The notes under the pieces are model-generated. The model was not told the DNA's origin and made no database searches. It saw nothing but the letters and a program-made list of their open reading frames with translations. DNA of 64,000 bases from Takakia lepidozioides (lineage: Eukaryota > Plantae > Bryophyta): assembly GCA_030704615.1 (NCBI GenBank), contig CM060734.1:52142001-52206000 (forward strand), read 5' to 3'. The position numbers and the translations under genes were made by a program. This document shows, in pieces, positions 49,441 to 63,107 of this stretch. The first letter of the stretch is position 1; every line of letters starts with the position of its first letter.

Positions 49441-51417
49441 ATCAATTGTTAGAATGTTAAACTGTTAGAATCAATCTTGAATGTCGAGTGGGAAAGATGA
49501 ACTCAGTTTAAGTTTTTTGGTCTTGGTCCTAAGGCCTTTACACACACCCACTTTGGTCCCTAGGATATTAATATTTTAATATGCATCTGGGGACCAAGAT
49601 CTGAACCAATTTGAAGCAAATTGGTCCAAAGGTTTCTTGGTCAGTAGTCTGAAGTGGCCCTTAAGTTCATACTCCTCATATTGATAGCATCTTTTGATAG
49701 CATCTATAGAGCATATTTCTGTGAAAAATGATGATTAGAAGTTCAAATCCCCTTAGACTTTTGTGGGGTTTTGATGGTTGTTTGTTGGGTGTTTGCTTTG
49801 CTAACTAAGCTTCATGGTGAAGGATAGAGGAACAGTGGAAGTGGTCTGAAGGGGCGAAAATTACATGGCCTCATTTGTTGTACAGGAGGGGGCAACTAGT
49901 TTGAAACTTTCCATCTGGAGTGGGTTTTCTCCCCTCCACAGTTCTCCCACAGATGTAGCTGTCGTTCAGCAACAAAAACGCATTGCTAAATTAGCTCAAA
50001 TGGTGGCTGCTCTCATGTTCTCGGGCCTTTTTCCTGTTTGAGACCTACTGTAACGACCCATCTCTTTGGTCTATTCCGTTGTCTTTCTCTCTGGCATGCT
50101 TTCACTTGTGGATTCTGATTTTTGTAGCTTCTGTAAGCAGTTGAGAGAATTTATTGTTGTCTTGATCCTTTTTACTGTTTTTCCAACTTGCGACAATCCA
50201 AGGGTCTGTCCTGGTCCCAAGTCCTCTGGCTGTCCTTTTAGCCTCTGTGAGCCTTTGCGTGAACGCGGGCGTTGGGACGTGTTGGGTGTTTGCGGAAGAA
50301 ATGTAATTCTCAGTGGTCTCTTGGTTGTCTCTTCTCTTTCCTTTTGTGTTGTCTTTCTATGTCCACTCTTTCGCGTCTCACAGAACTCGTTAGGGGTTTA
50401 GTTCTGCGCAAGTCAATTTTTGGTAGAAGAGGAGTTCCTCTAAGGCTACATATCGGGGGTTTTTGCAACCGACATTACAGAAACAAGGTACGGGCAATGT
50501 TTCTTCTGTTCACGTTTTGATTTTAAATGAGAATTGAAGCCTATATAAACTTCCCAGGTTCATGGCGATGACTCCTTGTTAAGGGGCTCACTCCAGTAGT
50601 GGGACTTACCTTGATATGAACAGTTACTCGGGGCTTTCCAGATTTCCTCTAGAAAGCCCTTCACACAAGCATCAATCTGCTGCAAGTGCGCTGCCCAGGA
50701 ATTAGACTACAGGGGATACTGTATTGGAAAATGGATATTGTCTTCAGGCCGCCTGCACATCGCGCATTGACAATCTTCCTTTCCTCTCTACATCCGTTAA
50801 TTGTTCAGTCTAGTGCCGAGGGTAGGTAGGCCCTTCAGATCCTCACCCATGTCGCTTTGCTGAAGAGAATGAGGGAGGAATGAAGGGCGAGTGACAAACA
50901 GTTGTAGTAGGGTCTCTGAGGAAAAGGTTAGATTGAACATCCATGTTGTGTCTAGTCATCTGTTAACTTGATTTCATGCTTCCATTCAGATTTTGTCGCA
51001 CTGGCCATGGGAGATGAGATATTGTTGGTATCAAGGGAGGCGCCAATCTCCTTCCCTCTTAGAGCATTTTTTGAAGTATGGCCCTCTTTAGTGAGCTTGG
51101 CACGGCTAGATGAAAATGTAAGATAGTGTCTGACTTTCCACTCATCTTCTTAATCAGATGGGTGTTATTTAATGCAATTGATCAAGGGAGATGTTTTTCG
51201 CTTAAGCTGGCCATCAATCACTGGAGGTTGCCCCCCAAGATTTTCCTACCAGTGATATGAAAGAAGTGGAGTTCGGGTCTTAGGTGATCTGATCACTTTG
51301 CAGTCTCTATAGTTGATCCCTTGGTTTGGACAAAGGACCAGGTGTTTGGTCACTAGCTTAAACAAGTAGATTATACTTCTGAAGTGACGTTTTTTCTATT
51401 GCACTCTCTTTGTGCAG

Positions 51418-54400
51418 GGGAAACAGGTTCTTGAGTTAAAGGAGTATTTCTCACGCCGAACAGCGGAGGCGCTGCTGCGGTTTGTGAAATTTCCAGAGTT
51501 TCGAAGAGCATGGTCACCTGTAGGTGTTGAGTGGGTTGACTTGAAGCTATTGCAAGAACTGGTGCTCGCCCTTCAAGACAGAGAGGTAAGTGCCTCTTTC
51601 TGTTTTGACGAGCTTGAAGGAATCATGTCCCATCAACCTCTCCTGGCAGTTTGTAGCACCTATTTCGCCCTCGCCCAGGATGTAGCTTTTAACCCCTAAA
51701 GGCCTACAGCTTTTTTCATCCTTGACAGCAGAATCTGCACCTCTGGCCACCTTTTTATCAATAACTAATAACCATGCTCCTATCCTACAAAACTTGATCA
51801 TTGTATCATGTTCCTGACTACATCACCTACCTTCGCCTAAAATTTCATGGCAGTATGCCATCAAAATTGGAATCTTACAACTTTTTTTTTAGCGTGAAAA
51901 GTTTCTGCAACCTCTGCAAAGTATGAAAAAAATTCACAATTTGAAATTCCTAAATGGCGAAGCCAGTTGAAACCAAATTCCACAGGAAGATGCCTCATGA
52001 TGTTAGCCACCTTCTCCGCAGATTTTGGTATAACTCCGGAGGGGTTCCAGAACTACGTTTGGAAGGTCCTCCTATTTTTTATTCATTCCAGCCATGGAAA
52101 CCCCCTCAGATGGGCATTTCCCTCCCTCACAAGAACTCTAATTCTGTATTGCCCCTTTTTTCTTAGGGCTTATTCAGTGGGCCTCTGAAGATGGGTCACC
52201 CTCACCAGCCAGCCCTGCAGAAGAGGGACCTGCCCTGCCGGCCTGCATTCAGTGCACCCTGCAGTGGGCAGGACACATCCCTCCCCCACCCCTTGCCCAA
52301 GATTCGGGCAGCAGGCAGGGCAAGGCATATCCATGGCCATAACCGCCATAACTTTCTGCCATGTGCAACAATGGGTTTTGGGGCAGGTGCCATTGGAAAG
52401 CCCTTGCACCAGGTTACTTTTTTGCTGTTTACTGCATGTCAATCAGATGTGACCTGTTTCGTGTTTCTACAACATTACAAATTTGCTCCAGGATTGTCTT
52501 TTGGATATGATTGTTTCTGTAATGAAAAATGGAATGTCTTACACTGATGCAAACTGTGCATGTGGTTTTGGAAATTCCACAGAAAGACAATGAACACTTT
52601 GCGCTGCTTCAAACTGGCATTTACAAGGGAATCTCTGAAGGTGTGTTGAGGCTAGTAACTTCTTGCATCTGAAATCTTGTTCCCTATTTATCTCATGGAA
52701 ATTAATACAGATCAGTGTCGTCAAACATGGTCTCCATCGTTCAGGGTAAAGAAAGAAAGGATTGTGAGAGGTTGGCGGGCTTTTCAATGTTAACTCAACA
52801 CTGCCTGACTGAAACTCTGGGGGGCGAGGTTTTGTGCCAACAGTGCAGAGCCTTTTCATTGGCCTTCAACTGCCAAGTACTGGCCTTGAAGACACAGATA
52901 CGCCTTCTGCAATAGCTATGATGCCGGGTTTGATAACTGTACCTTGTCACTCTGTTTCCCCTTGTGTTGGGTAACATATCCGACATGTGGTTATTTTGAC
53001 TGAATATCTGCCAGTACGACTTCAACAAGCATCTCCAACCAGTACAAGTAGGCCTCAACTTTGGTTGCATTGTGGCCCAGTTAGTATTTCACAAACTGAA
53101 GCCTAGCTAATGTCTTGAGATGCATATGCAGTCTCCGAGGCTGTATGTTTCATGCGTACATGGATCTTCTACTGAGCATAATGCTTTGTCAACTGTTGGT
53201 CAAACCAAGCTGATAGAACTCAATTCCCTTTCTCATTATTTTGTTGTTCATTGGTAACTTCCAGCATATATGTGTCCCAACTTTTATGCGTCATTTTGAA
53301 TGCTAATTGCAGAATCAAGCGAGTGTCCTGATATTTCATACCCCCCTAGCGCGCCACATCAAATGGCAGGCTCGACCGGCCTTGTAATCACTCCAGTCAC
53401 TGCATGCGTACAAGGTGGCTCTCTCTCCCCGTGTGTCATGTGGCTGTTATAAATTGTTGTTGTTTCTTTCTCTTTCTTTATCCAGGTTGCATTTGGAGTA
53501 TTTTGATGTGGGTTTCTTGTTGATATAATTTGTTCTTATCTTTCTCTCGCTGACATGCACAATTGTGACTGGAAAATGGGCAATCCCACAAATTCACGCA
53601 CACTTCCTGTGGTGCCCATTGGGTGAGGTCTAGAGAAAAGCAGTACTGTACTGTGAGTGATTGATTATGATTATGGTTGACTGGCTCCACTCAGAGGTTG
53701 CTCTTTCTTCAACACTTCTTTCTTCAAGGTCCACAGGACGAAAGCGAGATGACACCAGTCGGGAGCGAAAAACCCACCGCGTAAAACAGCTAAATCAAAG
53801 TGATGCACTAATTCGGCGAAGGCTACGACGTCAAATTGCTCGCAGAGAGAGGCGAGAGGCCAAGGCCAAGACCATGACCTATGAAAATGGATCATGGACA
53901 GAAGAGGTATGGTGTCCGTCTTGTTGTGCTCTGGCATCTGTTTCTTGGGTAATTTTCTTTGAGCTCAATCTTGCCACCTTGGTACGGATGCTGGGATTGT
54001 AGGCTTTATTTTAGATGCTAGTCCATCATGTGTTTCTTTCCCAGGTAAGCATCAGTCGAGTGCAGATTGGTGAATGGCTTTAGTTACAGAACTTGAAGCC
54101 TGGAAATCCTGGATTGATATTCGAACCAAATGTAAACCGTCAAAATCTAGTGAACAGTCAGTTATCTGATATTCTCCTTTGTCTGCTACATGCCCATGGC
54201 CTTTCCCTTCTATCCTGCTTGGTATGTTTGCCACTGCTCACTGTAGGAGGATGTCGTATGATTTCATGTCTCCGAGTCCTTGTGAGCGTACCAGGTTGCA
54301 CTTCAACAGTTCTGCCAGACGATCTTGTTTCTCCTTTGACTAGAGGGAGTGCTAACAGATAGCTTGAGTTGTTAGGCCACTCCGTTAGGTCTAGGTGGCG

Positions 54401-55102
54401 TTGAGTCCAACTCTTCATGGGCTGTATGTAGGATACAATTTGCTGTGAACATGCAACTGGTTCACTGGGTGAAGTAGTCACCTGCAACGAGCTGGGTACA
54501 TGGATGGGCCCTTTTGGATAACCAGACCAGTGTGGAAGCCAGTCCTGCCAGTTGCAGTATGCATAAGGAACTGGGGAAAAAGACTGTCCAAGCTGACACC
54601 TGAACTGATGTTGTCCCAGCCCCTGTGAGGTAGGAGGCTGGAACAGGGTGGTCAAGTAAATAACCACCCATTGCTTGCCTTTATAAATGTCACATCCCAA
54701 GCCTCAAGTAGTTCATAAAGGCATCAATTTCACTTCAATATTTCTGAGACAAGGAGCATTAGAGGGCAGAGAGGGACTGTCAGGGCCTGCCTGGCTGCCA
54801 GCAGACGCCCCCTGCCAATGATGTTCAGTGGTTTTATGGGGAAAGCAAATATTTGTTCTGTTGATTTTTTTTTTTGCTGATATTGGTACCAGGTGATGCT
54901 GGCGGCAATCGCAGAGATCAAGGAGGGTGCAGTGTCAATTCGTCAGGCTGCAGACAAGTATAATATACCCCCAACATCCATACGCAATTGGTTGCATGGG
55001 AAATCAAAATCAAAAAAGCGGGGGCCACCATGTCAGCTCAAAGATGATTCAAAGGATTCATCAAAAGAGGGAGAGGTTTTGCTTTCAAGCATTTCAGCTT
55101 AA
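51418..55102 (+). CDS. Putative spliced gene with a pipsqueak/CENP-B-type HTH (candidate exons ~51418-51584, ~53696-53906, 54893-~55075); 5' end unresolved
   Basis: Donor gaagag|gt at 53906 and acceptor ag|gtg at 54893 join GSWTEE|VMLAAIAEIKEGAVSIRQAADKYNIPPTSIRNWLHG, an HTH_psq pattern. Confidence 0.55.
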
Positions 55103-57096
55103 CCTCATCAGAAAGGAATTGCATACAATTGTGTCATAGGTTTTCCCTGGTCTGGCACATTGTCAGACAAACTAAAGGTGTAAGCAAGAATAAAAGGAAA
55201 AAGATGCGGGTGTGGTATGCAGGGAATTGGACCTCGGAATCCCTCTAACCATAATTTCTGTTGTGGTTCTGTAGCTGGTAGGATTATACTCAGGAGGAAG
55301 GTGAGAGTTTGATCTAGTGGATAGTGTTCTTTAGAGGTTCATTCTGGTAAAATGCGATTTAATCAGGGTGTGCTTCACGGCCTGTGTGTGATTTCACACA
55401 GCTGGCTTTCATATGGCATATGACAAGCTTAATAACGTACCTATAAGACTTTACTTGCCGTAGCCTTGTTGCCATAGACCCCGTGCCAGTTTGGATGGAA
55501 ACGTAGGGAATAGGAACTACTTCACTCCAGTAGTGCGACTTACCTTGGTATAAACAATTAGTTCGGGCTTTCCAGATATTCTCTAGAAAGCCCTCCACAC
55601 AAGCATCAATCTGTTGTGTTTGAGCAGCCCAAGAGTTAAGACCCCAACAGGGTCAGGCATATGACAAGCTTAAGAGATAGGAGAGAGGAGTAACCCTCTT
55701 TTTCTTGATTAGAATCAAGCACGCCTGGGGCTACCTCGGGGCGCAACGATGTTGCGTCCCACGCCTCCACGAAGCAGGACTCGTACCCCCTCTCCTGCAG
55801 CATCCATGGAATCGCTGCCAAACTCGGGACAACATGCCGAGGATGGGCATGTTGCTTCAGCTATGTCCATCTTTAGTAGCCTCCACAGACAAGTTTATTA
55901 CTCCATATCAGCTTTGGCGGTTGGATACATCCATTACAGTTCCATTACATAATGTAAATGGCTCCATAGCAGCTAGCTGGTCCCATCTTGTGAAAAAGGT
56001 TCAATGGAGGAGATTCTGAAGGAATCAACACTTCAATGGTGTTGAGCATCCTACTTTGGCATATTTTTGTCTTTGTCATGGACAGTTATCAGCACAACTA
56101 AGGCAACGGTACTGGAGTAAATTTGGGATGGCACTTTCTGAATTACAAATGAGATTTGGACGGAAGTGTTTTAAGTTCTACTATTGGATGTGGTGTGTTC
56201 CAAAGGGGAGTATTCTTGCATGAGATGTTGCGTAAATCGCTGTAAATGGTATGTACAGTCCAAGGGAGACGAACGCATTTGTCGACAAAACTAGGGATGT
56301 ACAAATCACATTCGTAGGAGGAATTTAGTGTACAGTGCGACTTGACTTTGGCCTCTTGGCATACAGGATCAGGCCTCGAGGAGTTACAGCTTGTATCTGG
56401 AAGCCCATTGGGGTTGTGGCTTCCTAGAGTGAATAGTTTGGAAGGATTATACTGCAGGATTTGACAGCCACAACCCCATACATTCAGTATCCTAGGTCCT
56501 GCAGCTGACACCACTATTTTACCTGAAGGGGGGACTAGCTGAAAGCACTGAAAGCAGTGAAAATTACTTGAACACAGGATGATTTCTGTTGCCAAATGTT
56601 TTCAAGTTCAAGAGTCTCACCTCAGAGTTCAGCATTGCCCCCACCAGGCTTCACTGATTAGCATGAAATCTAGGAATTTGGCGCCCACGATCCACCTTTT
56701 GCTCTTCCAAGGGGTCACATCTCCTTGCTGATGATCAAGGGGTCAGGATCTCTATTCAGCCCTTCAAAGACTGTGCTGCCGGGTGATAGCATTTCTCACC
56801 ACTTCTACTTTAGACCAAGTGTAGAGAGGTGCTGCAAGAAAGCCAAGAACTTATCACCAGAAACCATGCATCTCTGCCTGCGAGAAGTACCCAAGCTGGC
56901 CAATGATGCAACTTGAGGGCAAATAAATTTGTTCCACCCACACCATCTGACATAGCAGTTTCCAATTACTTTTGCAGCTGATGGCAATAGGTAGCCTGAC
57001 AATTGCGACAGAAGGCTGGGGCAAGCAGCTGTGTCAATCTTTCTATTACTGAGATGTCCATGCCAGATGGACAATCGTTGTTGCTGTACCCTGCAC

Positions 57097-60000
57097 CTAT
57101 GGTCGGATGTTTGACCCAGGAAGACCTTCCCAGAAGCCATGAAAGCCCATAGGGAAGGCAAATTGTTGAGGAATGCGGAGCCGCGCTTGAAGGGCATCTG
57201 GGGTGCCCATCTTCTGTGCATCCATTATGACAAGGTAGCAGGTCTTTTCACCTGCTGCATACTGCAGGTGCATTACCCCAAGATTACAACCAAGTCATTA
57301 CATCTCCCTTCCTTGTTATGAACATTGTGTGTACTTCCTTTACAAATGCTAGCATGCTATTACTGGTCTGGCACTTTTTCTCAAGGTATGTCGCCACCCA
57401 GGGTGACTATGTCCCTCAGAATTACTGTCTAAAATTGTTTGGAGGGCTGAAGTCTCCCTTACTGAAGCGGGTGCATGTGTACCCATCAGTATGTATCTTT
57501 GTCATGCGGATAGTACATAACTGCAGTTGTATTCCAAATTATGTGAGGAATGGGATCTATCAACATCTTATAAGAATTTCTCAGTAACTTCTCATCAGTA
57601 ATCCTAGCCGCAACAATGAATTCTCTCTGAACAAGGGCAGGAATAGAATAGAGGAGCACTGACCTCTACAAATATCACATAACCATCGTCCTCCACAAAG
57701 CCAGGGTTGCCCAGAGCCATTCCATTAGCCCTGGAAACGAAAACAGGCTCTCCCACAAAGTTTCTTTTGCCAGCCCACCACGAAAATATGGAAGCGTCAG
57801 TGTTAGGCCCACTGACTTGACCATGGTATCAAACGGGAAGTTCTGAAGTGCTTTCCGTTCACCAGATGCAGCAGGCAGGTATGAATGCTCGTGTCTGGAG
57901 CCTGCCATCGTGGGATTAATTGCAGGCAAGTCACAGGACATGGTAGACAATTCGAAGATTTGGATCTGAGTTTGTGGTTCCACTTTAGAGTTGTCAAATG
58001 ATGCAGACACCCTGACGAGGTGGGGTGCGGCTAACTCTCCTGCCTTCGGAGCAACAAGAGGGTCAGGATCATTCATGTAATGAGGATCTAGCCATTCCTT
58101 CCGTGGTTCATACCCTGCGAACAGTATTAACAAATTGTGCAATCAGTTCCATGTTGATCTGCATCCTACAAACATGTGAGGGAGGCAGACTGTGAAGGAA
58201 GACGCTTTCTCTTTGATTTTCTTAAAGCCCTCACCAACTACTGGTTAATTTATAACAAGTGAAGAATCTCATCCACAAACCTGAAAGATTGAGACACGGG
58301 TACAGACAATTTCTTTTGTGTTCGTCTATCTCTCCATGCACCATCAGTGAGAACTTAAGTAGACCTGGCTTACCAAACATGTCCACATAGGAGAACCATC
58401 TGTAGGAGCATGCTACACCATCCAGGATCAAGTGTGTGCGCCCAGTTTCATCGATTTCCTCAAATGTGTTCACCACATGAGTCAGCCAAACTTGTTCTGG
58501 AATTCGCAACGGCACTCGCCAATCACGCTCTATCCCACTTTCTGGAGGTGACCCTCTTGGTAGCAGATAGAGAGGTGTGTAAGGAAGCGATTCATCAGGC
58601 TTGATGCATTTAAGCCAGGGCGCCAATCCTATGACCACTTTTGCGCTCCCTGTTTTGCATTGTCATCCAAATTTCGAAAACTCAGGGGCATGAACTGTCT
58701 GTATGAGGACCTTACGATGAAGACTGATCACCTTCACGTAATAGTTAACGTGTCAATATAGTTGGATGCGATTCAAGCTTCCCCGATCGGAAATCTGTGT
58801 AGAAAGTTAATATCTGGTCATCTTTCCGGTTAGAAAATTTTCTCCAGATCATTCAAACCGATGATCTCCATCTGACTGCTAGTGTCTGTTGCCTCCAAGT
58901 TCTACTGCGTTGGCTACCTCACTTTCGGCCTCACAGCTCGAACTTCAGACAGCTTCACATGCATATTAGCAGCACAACAAATCCTTTAACAACTGCCTTA
59001 GGATTGCTACTTGAAGCGTTTCAGTTGCTCAAACGGTCAGTAAATGTAAAGATTCTTCTCAAATCCAGGGACAAAATTCAAGATGCAACTACCAGGGCCT
59101 GTACCAGGTATATCAACTTTGACACGATTGGCGACGACGACATAGAAATTGTCGCTTATGCCCCAGTCATGGATGAGTAGCTGCTCATGGATAACAAACT
59201 CCTTCTTCTGTCTTAGCCCCATCTTTCCATCAAGTTCTGTCCCAGCCAATTTACGGATCACACATAAAATTCACATAAGCCATATGTTGGGCCCTGGGTC
59301 CAGATGGATGCCACGATGATATTCGTGGTTCCTACAACAATCCAGTGCCTACCCAATTGATGAAACTTGCATCCCTCCATACTGAACTTGCACGGACTAC
59401 TCACATCGGAGGATAGCTCATAATGGGATACATCTATCTACATGGATACAAAGTCAGTCGCATTGGTTCGATGGAACTCACCGTAGACTCTGAAGGTGGT
59501 TTGGGGGAGAATTATATCCGCTAGTGGGGAGGTCATCGCCACCAGACGCTGTCGTTTGGCGTCTATTTTGAAGTGCGAGAGCATGCGCTCTTCAGGAGAG
59601 TCAAACATTCCTGCACGCAATCCGGACTGTGAGCTCTCTTAATTTCTTCACGTGCCTACGAAGTAACGGGCAGTATGCTCCTCAGTAAGCAGTTCCATTA
59701 AAAAAAATTGGCCGTTCCTTCTAGATACCCATATCTTTTTTTGGCCTCGCAGGGGCAAGGAAGAGATTAGATACTTATTTCCAACTGCATGGATCACGAA
59801 TCACGTACAGGTTGTGTCTCCACAAGACCTTATGCCTTTGTCAGAAGCAATATCTCCGCAACCTCAGCTTCTCGTTTAGTGAGGCCCCTCTAGAGAACAC
59901 GTCCCGAAATTCATCGACCTTTCTTCTGGAGCTTAGTGTTCTAGACAAAATCTAATTCGACTTGTGTGAAACATGCTCGAGGTTTGGGGAGTAAGTTGGG

Positions 60001-63000
60001 CGACAAGTTTTCCAGAGTCAGCCATCTAGTAAAATCTCCATATAGCAAGCTGTGTACCTGAAAGAATGGGCTGGATAAGCTTTGATGTAAGAGATGTAGC
60101 AGCTCGCTTCAAAAAACTGGAACTCGTGCACTCCAAAGGTAGCCTAGGTTTTCCATCATATTCTTGGAGGGGGGAGCGGGAAACATCTCCCTCTGAAAAT
60201 TCGGTGCCATGCTGCACAAGTAACAATTTACGTACACATGGTTTTCCGGAGTGAGTTCAGTTCAGCACGATCGTGGAATTTAAATGACAGTACTGGATTT
60301 CCTAGGACCTACTGAATATACCTCGAATCATATGCATTATATACTATCCCGACACTCGTGGATGTATCATCTTATGTAGAGAACAAGCTTCGGAGTTCAA
60401 AAGTTACTTGACACCGCCCATCGTCTTGAGAGACAGAGGGTCTACTTCGTAAGGAGAGTCGCCGCCCTCCCAGAGGCACATCAAACGCCCCGCCCATTGC
60501 AGCACGCTAGTGTTGGCCACGTTTTTGAATATCTTCCTTACATTCTGCACCGATTCCACCGACATTCTCAAGACAGAGAAGCAGCCTCGGTATGTGAAAT
60601 GCCATGAGTTTGTCTTCTCATCAAACTCTTCTTGATGCGCCTTTGTGTCTATATATCTGTCGAGGACGCAATAGAACACAACTGAGGTCTTCAGTTAAGC
60701 TTCTCCAAAATACTGAGCTGAATTCAATTGTTTGTCCAGACCTCTCTAAATAGTAGAGACATTATATAAATGAAGCTCTTCATTACGATTCTCTTTTTCT
60801 CTTGCTCTCTCCAGATGCTCTTTGTCTTAGGTCTACGAAGCAAGAACACACAAGGTACACCGGGAGCTGAGATGGAAGAGAGCCGAAGGTATAACTTAAA
60901 GAACATTGATCTCTAGTCGTTGGATGTCCATGAGCACTAAACTGTCTGGACAACTTTTCTTCCTCGCTGAGCACTCTACTTGTTTTGAACACTTATTGAA
61001 CATTCGTAGATCCGCCCAAGCCTAGTATTAAAGATTCCCCAGTTTGGGCACAGGTATGTCTTTCAGAATTCCCTCTGCTGGCCACAAGCTTGCTACTGCA
61101 AGCAACGTCAAATGAATTCCATGATGGATTAGCTGACCGGAATTGTTTCGTTGTCAACCGAGTGTAAATCAAACCACAAGATCCGACTAGACAATAGCAT
61201 AGCCATCCCTCATGTATTCATGAGCGGGCTACGACTCTGAGACTCTCCTCCGTGGAAATGAGTCCAATGGCGGGCCCCATCACCGCCTTTTTCCACCGTG
61301 CTCGAATGGCTGATGTCTGCCAGTGACGACCCTAGCTTCATAATCTATGTTGTTTACAAGTGATTCTGAGATTTATGTGCCGGGCAATGTTGCATAGTAA
61401 TTTGGAGGGTAAGCTACGAAATCATCTTATACAGATGCTTATCTCAACAAGTAAATCAAATCATAACAACTGCAGCTGCATAAAATTTCGGTACCACACT
61501 CTCTCCACATCAGGCAGGAAGAGAGAAATACTATAAATCTTGGTGCGATCAGGCAGGCAGCATGTAAGTTACTGCAAACCCATCACATGATTCCAGGGCC
61601 CACAGATGCAGTGACTGTTAAGAATATTTTACTTGTCTTCCTATCACTCAAGGTTTTTCATGCCGACCTTCTGGTAGACCCGTAATAAAAGGACTGCACC
61701 TTACAGTTTTGCTAGTTAACGTCCTCAGAACTTAAAAGCTTCTCAGCTTGCTGATACTGTTAATTCACCACTTAAAACCTGCAGATTCAGAGGATATAAT
61801 CTGAACTAGGGAGTCTAAGGAGTGTGCACACAAGACGTTTCCATTGAGCTGTCAGATTCATATGTACAGGAATGTAAAATATTGTGAGTCTATTATGCAG
61901 CTGGGTCGGGCCCCTTTCGACGGATCAAGGAAGATTAAGGTGGAACACTATTGTCAAGAGGTTTCATATACCAAGGATATCTCATGCAGGAACGAAGTGA
62001 TTAGTAGTCTAGAGCCCATTTAATCACGCAACGTCGCTCTCATAGATCATGAAAGTTCACTCCTCGATTCTAATTCGTGGCATAAGGGCCGGATATATGA
62101 AGGGTTGATGAAAGGCAGAGACATGCTGGGCTATTTCGTTCACTGCAGATTACTTCCCCCATTCTGAGGTCCATGAAGTGACCCTCCGCCACTCTCTCGT
62201 TCAATTGATGTTGCTTGAAACAGAGACGTTATGCATCACATCCAATCAACTATTATCTATGTACAGAGAGGATACCAGGGGGTATACACGTTCAGTATTG
62301 TAGGAGGGCAAATGAGGCTTTAATTAATTATCCTGGACATCAAGGAGATTACCTTGCTGATATCCCTTCTTTGATCTCGAACTTCCGAAGATAGCCGTGC
62401 CCATCCAGCGGGTGGACGTTATAAGACCCATGGTCGTCTGAGAACAATCCGGGGCCGCAGAGATAGTAGACACCAGCAAGGTCTGCAGGTACAGAACCTT
62501 CAACTGCTGCCAGTTCTAGCGGCTCCACCACCTCAGATCGCTGTGATTGGAATACAAATTGGTAGTCCCAGAACGCATCCAAATCTTCACCAATTTCTTC
62601 CAGAGTTGTAGCTTCACGGTGTCGAACTTCATCTGTTTCCTCGATCAGAATTTGTGGAACTTTTCTTCGGTGCAATAACTGCTGTAACCCTGCATACACC
62701 AGGATTGCAAAAAACTAAGATGATTAAGAGATTGCCGTAATTACTCCCGGGTCCTGAATCATTCTTTAGTTAGAGCTGTGGGTTGGAGCAGAGGATTGTT
62801 GCACTCGAGTACATATGGTATATTAAGTTCTCGTACCTTTTGAAGCAGTACTGACTTTGAGGGCATCAGCAGTTGCTGTAGAGAGCAATACTTCTCGGGA
62901 CTTCGGCCGCTCTCTAATCACCTGGCAAACTGGGCTTCCGAGTTTTTGAGTCTTTAAAGACGCGGATGCTGGGAGATAAACATTCCGAGTACCAAGTTGT

Positions 63001-63107
63001 AAATATGACGACGATGATCCCCATTTATTACAGATTTCAGCTCTACGTGCATGGGATGCTGATATCGGGGTGTTACAATCGCGCAAAATTCTGGAGGATG
63101 TGTCCAT
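57097..63107 (-). CDS. CCD7: Carotenoid cleavage dioxygenase 7 (MAX3/D17-like), ~9 exons (63107-62837, 62689-62353, 60656-~60410, ~60190-60058, 59610-59482, ~59237-59107, 58649-58374, 58114-57664, 57261-57097); apparent 1-bp frameshift near 57815
   Basis: AFWDYQFVFQSQRSE, YYLCGPGLFSDDHGS..HPLDGHGYLR, KNVANTSVL, LWEGG.PYE, RMLSHFKID, LIHDW, WLTHVVN, FPFDTMVK, FVGEPVFV, EDDGY and FPMGFHGFW are CCD7-type motifs. The N-terminus resembles a transit peptide. Confidence 0.9.

Noticed and set aside
1092-63107. Auxin-strigolactone gene cluster (AUX1/LAX-like plus CCD7)
   Set aside because: The genes are ~51 kb apart and separated by TEs and another gene; nothing in the sequence indicates functional clustering.
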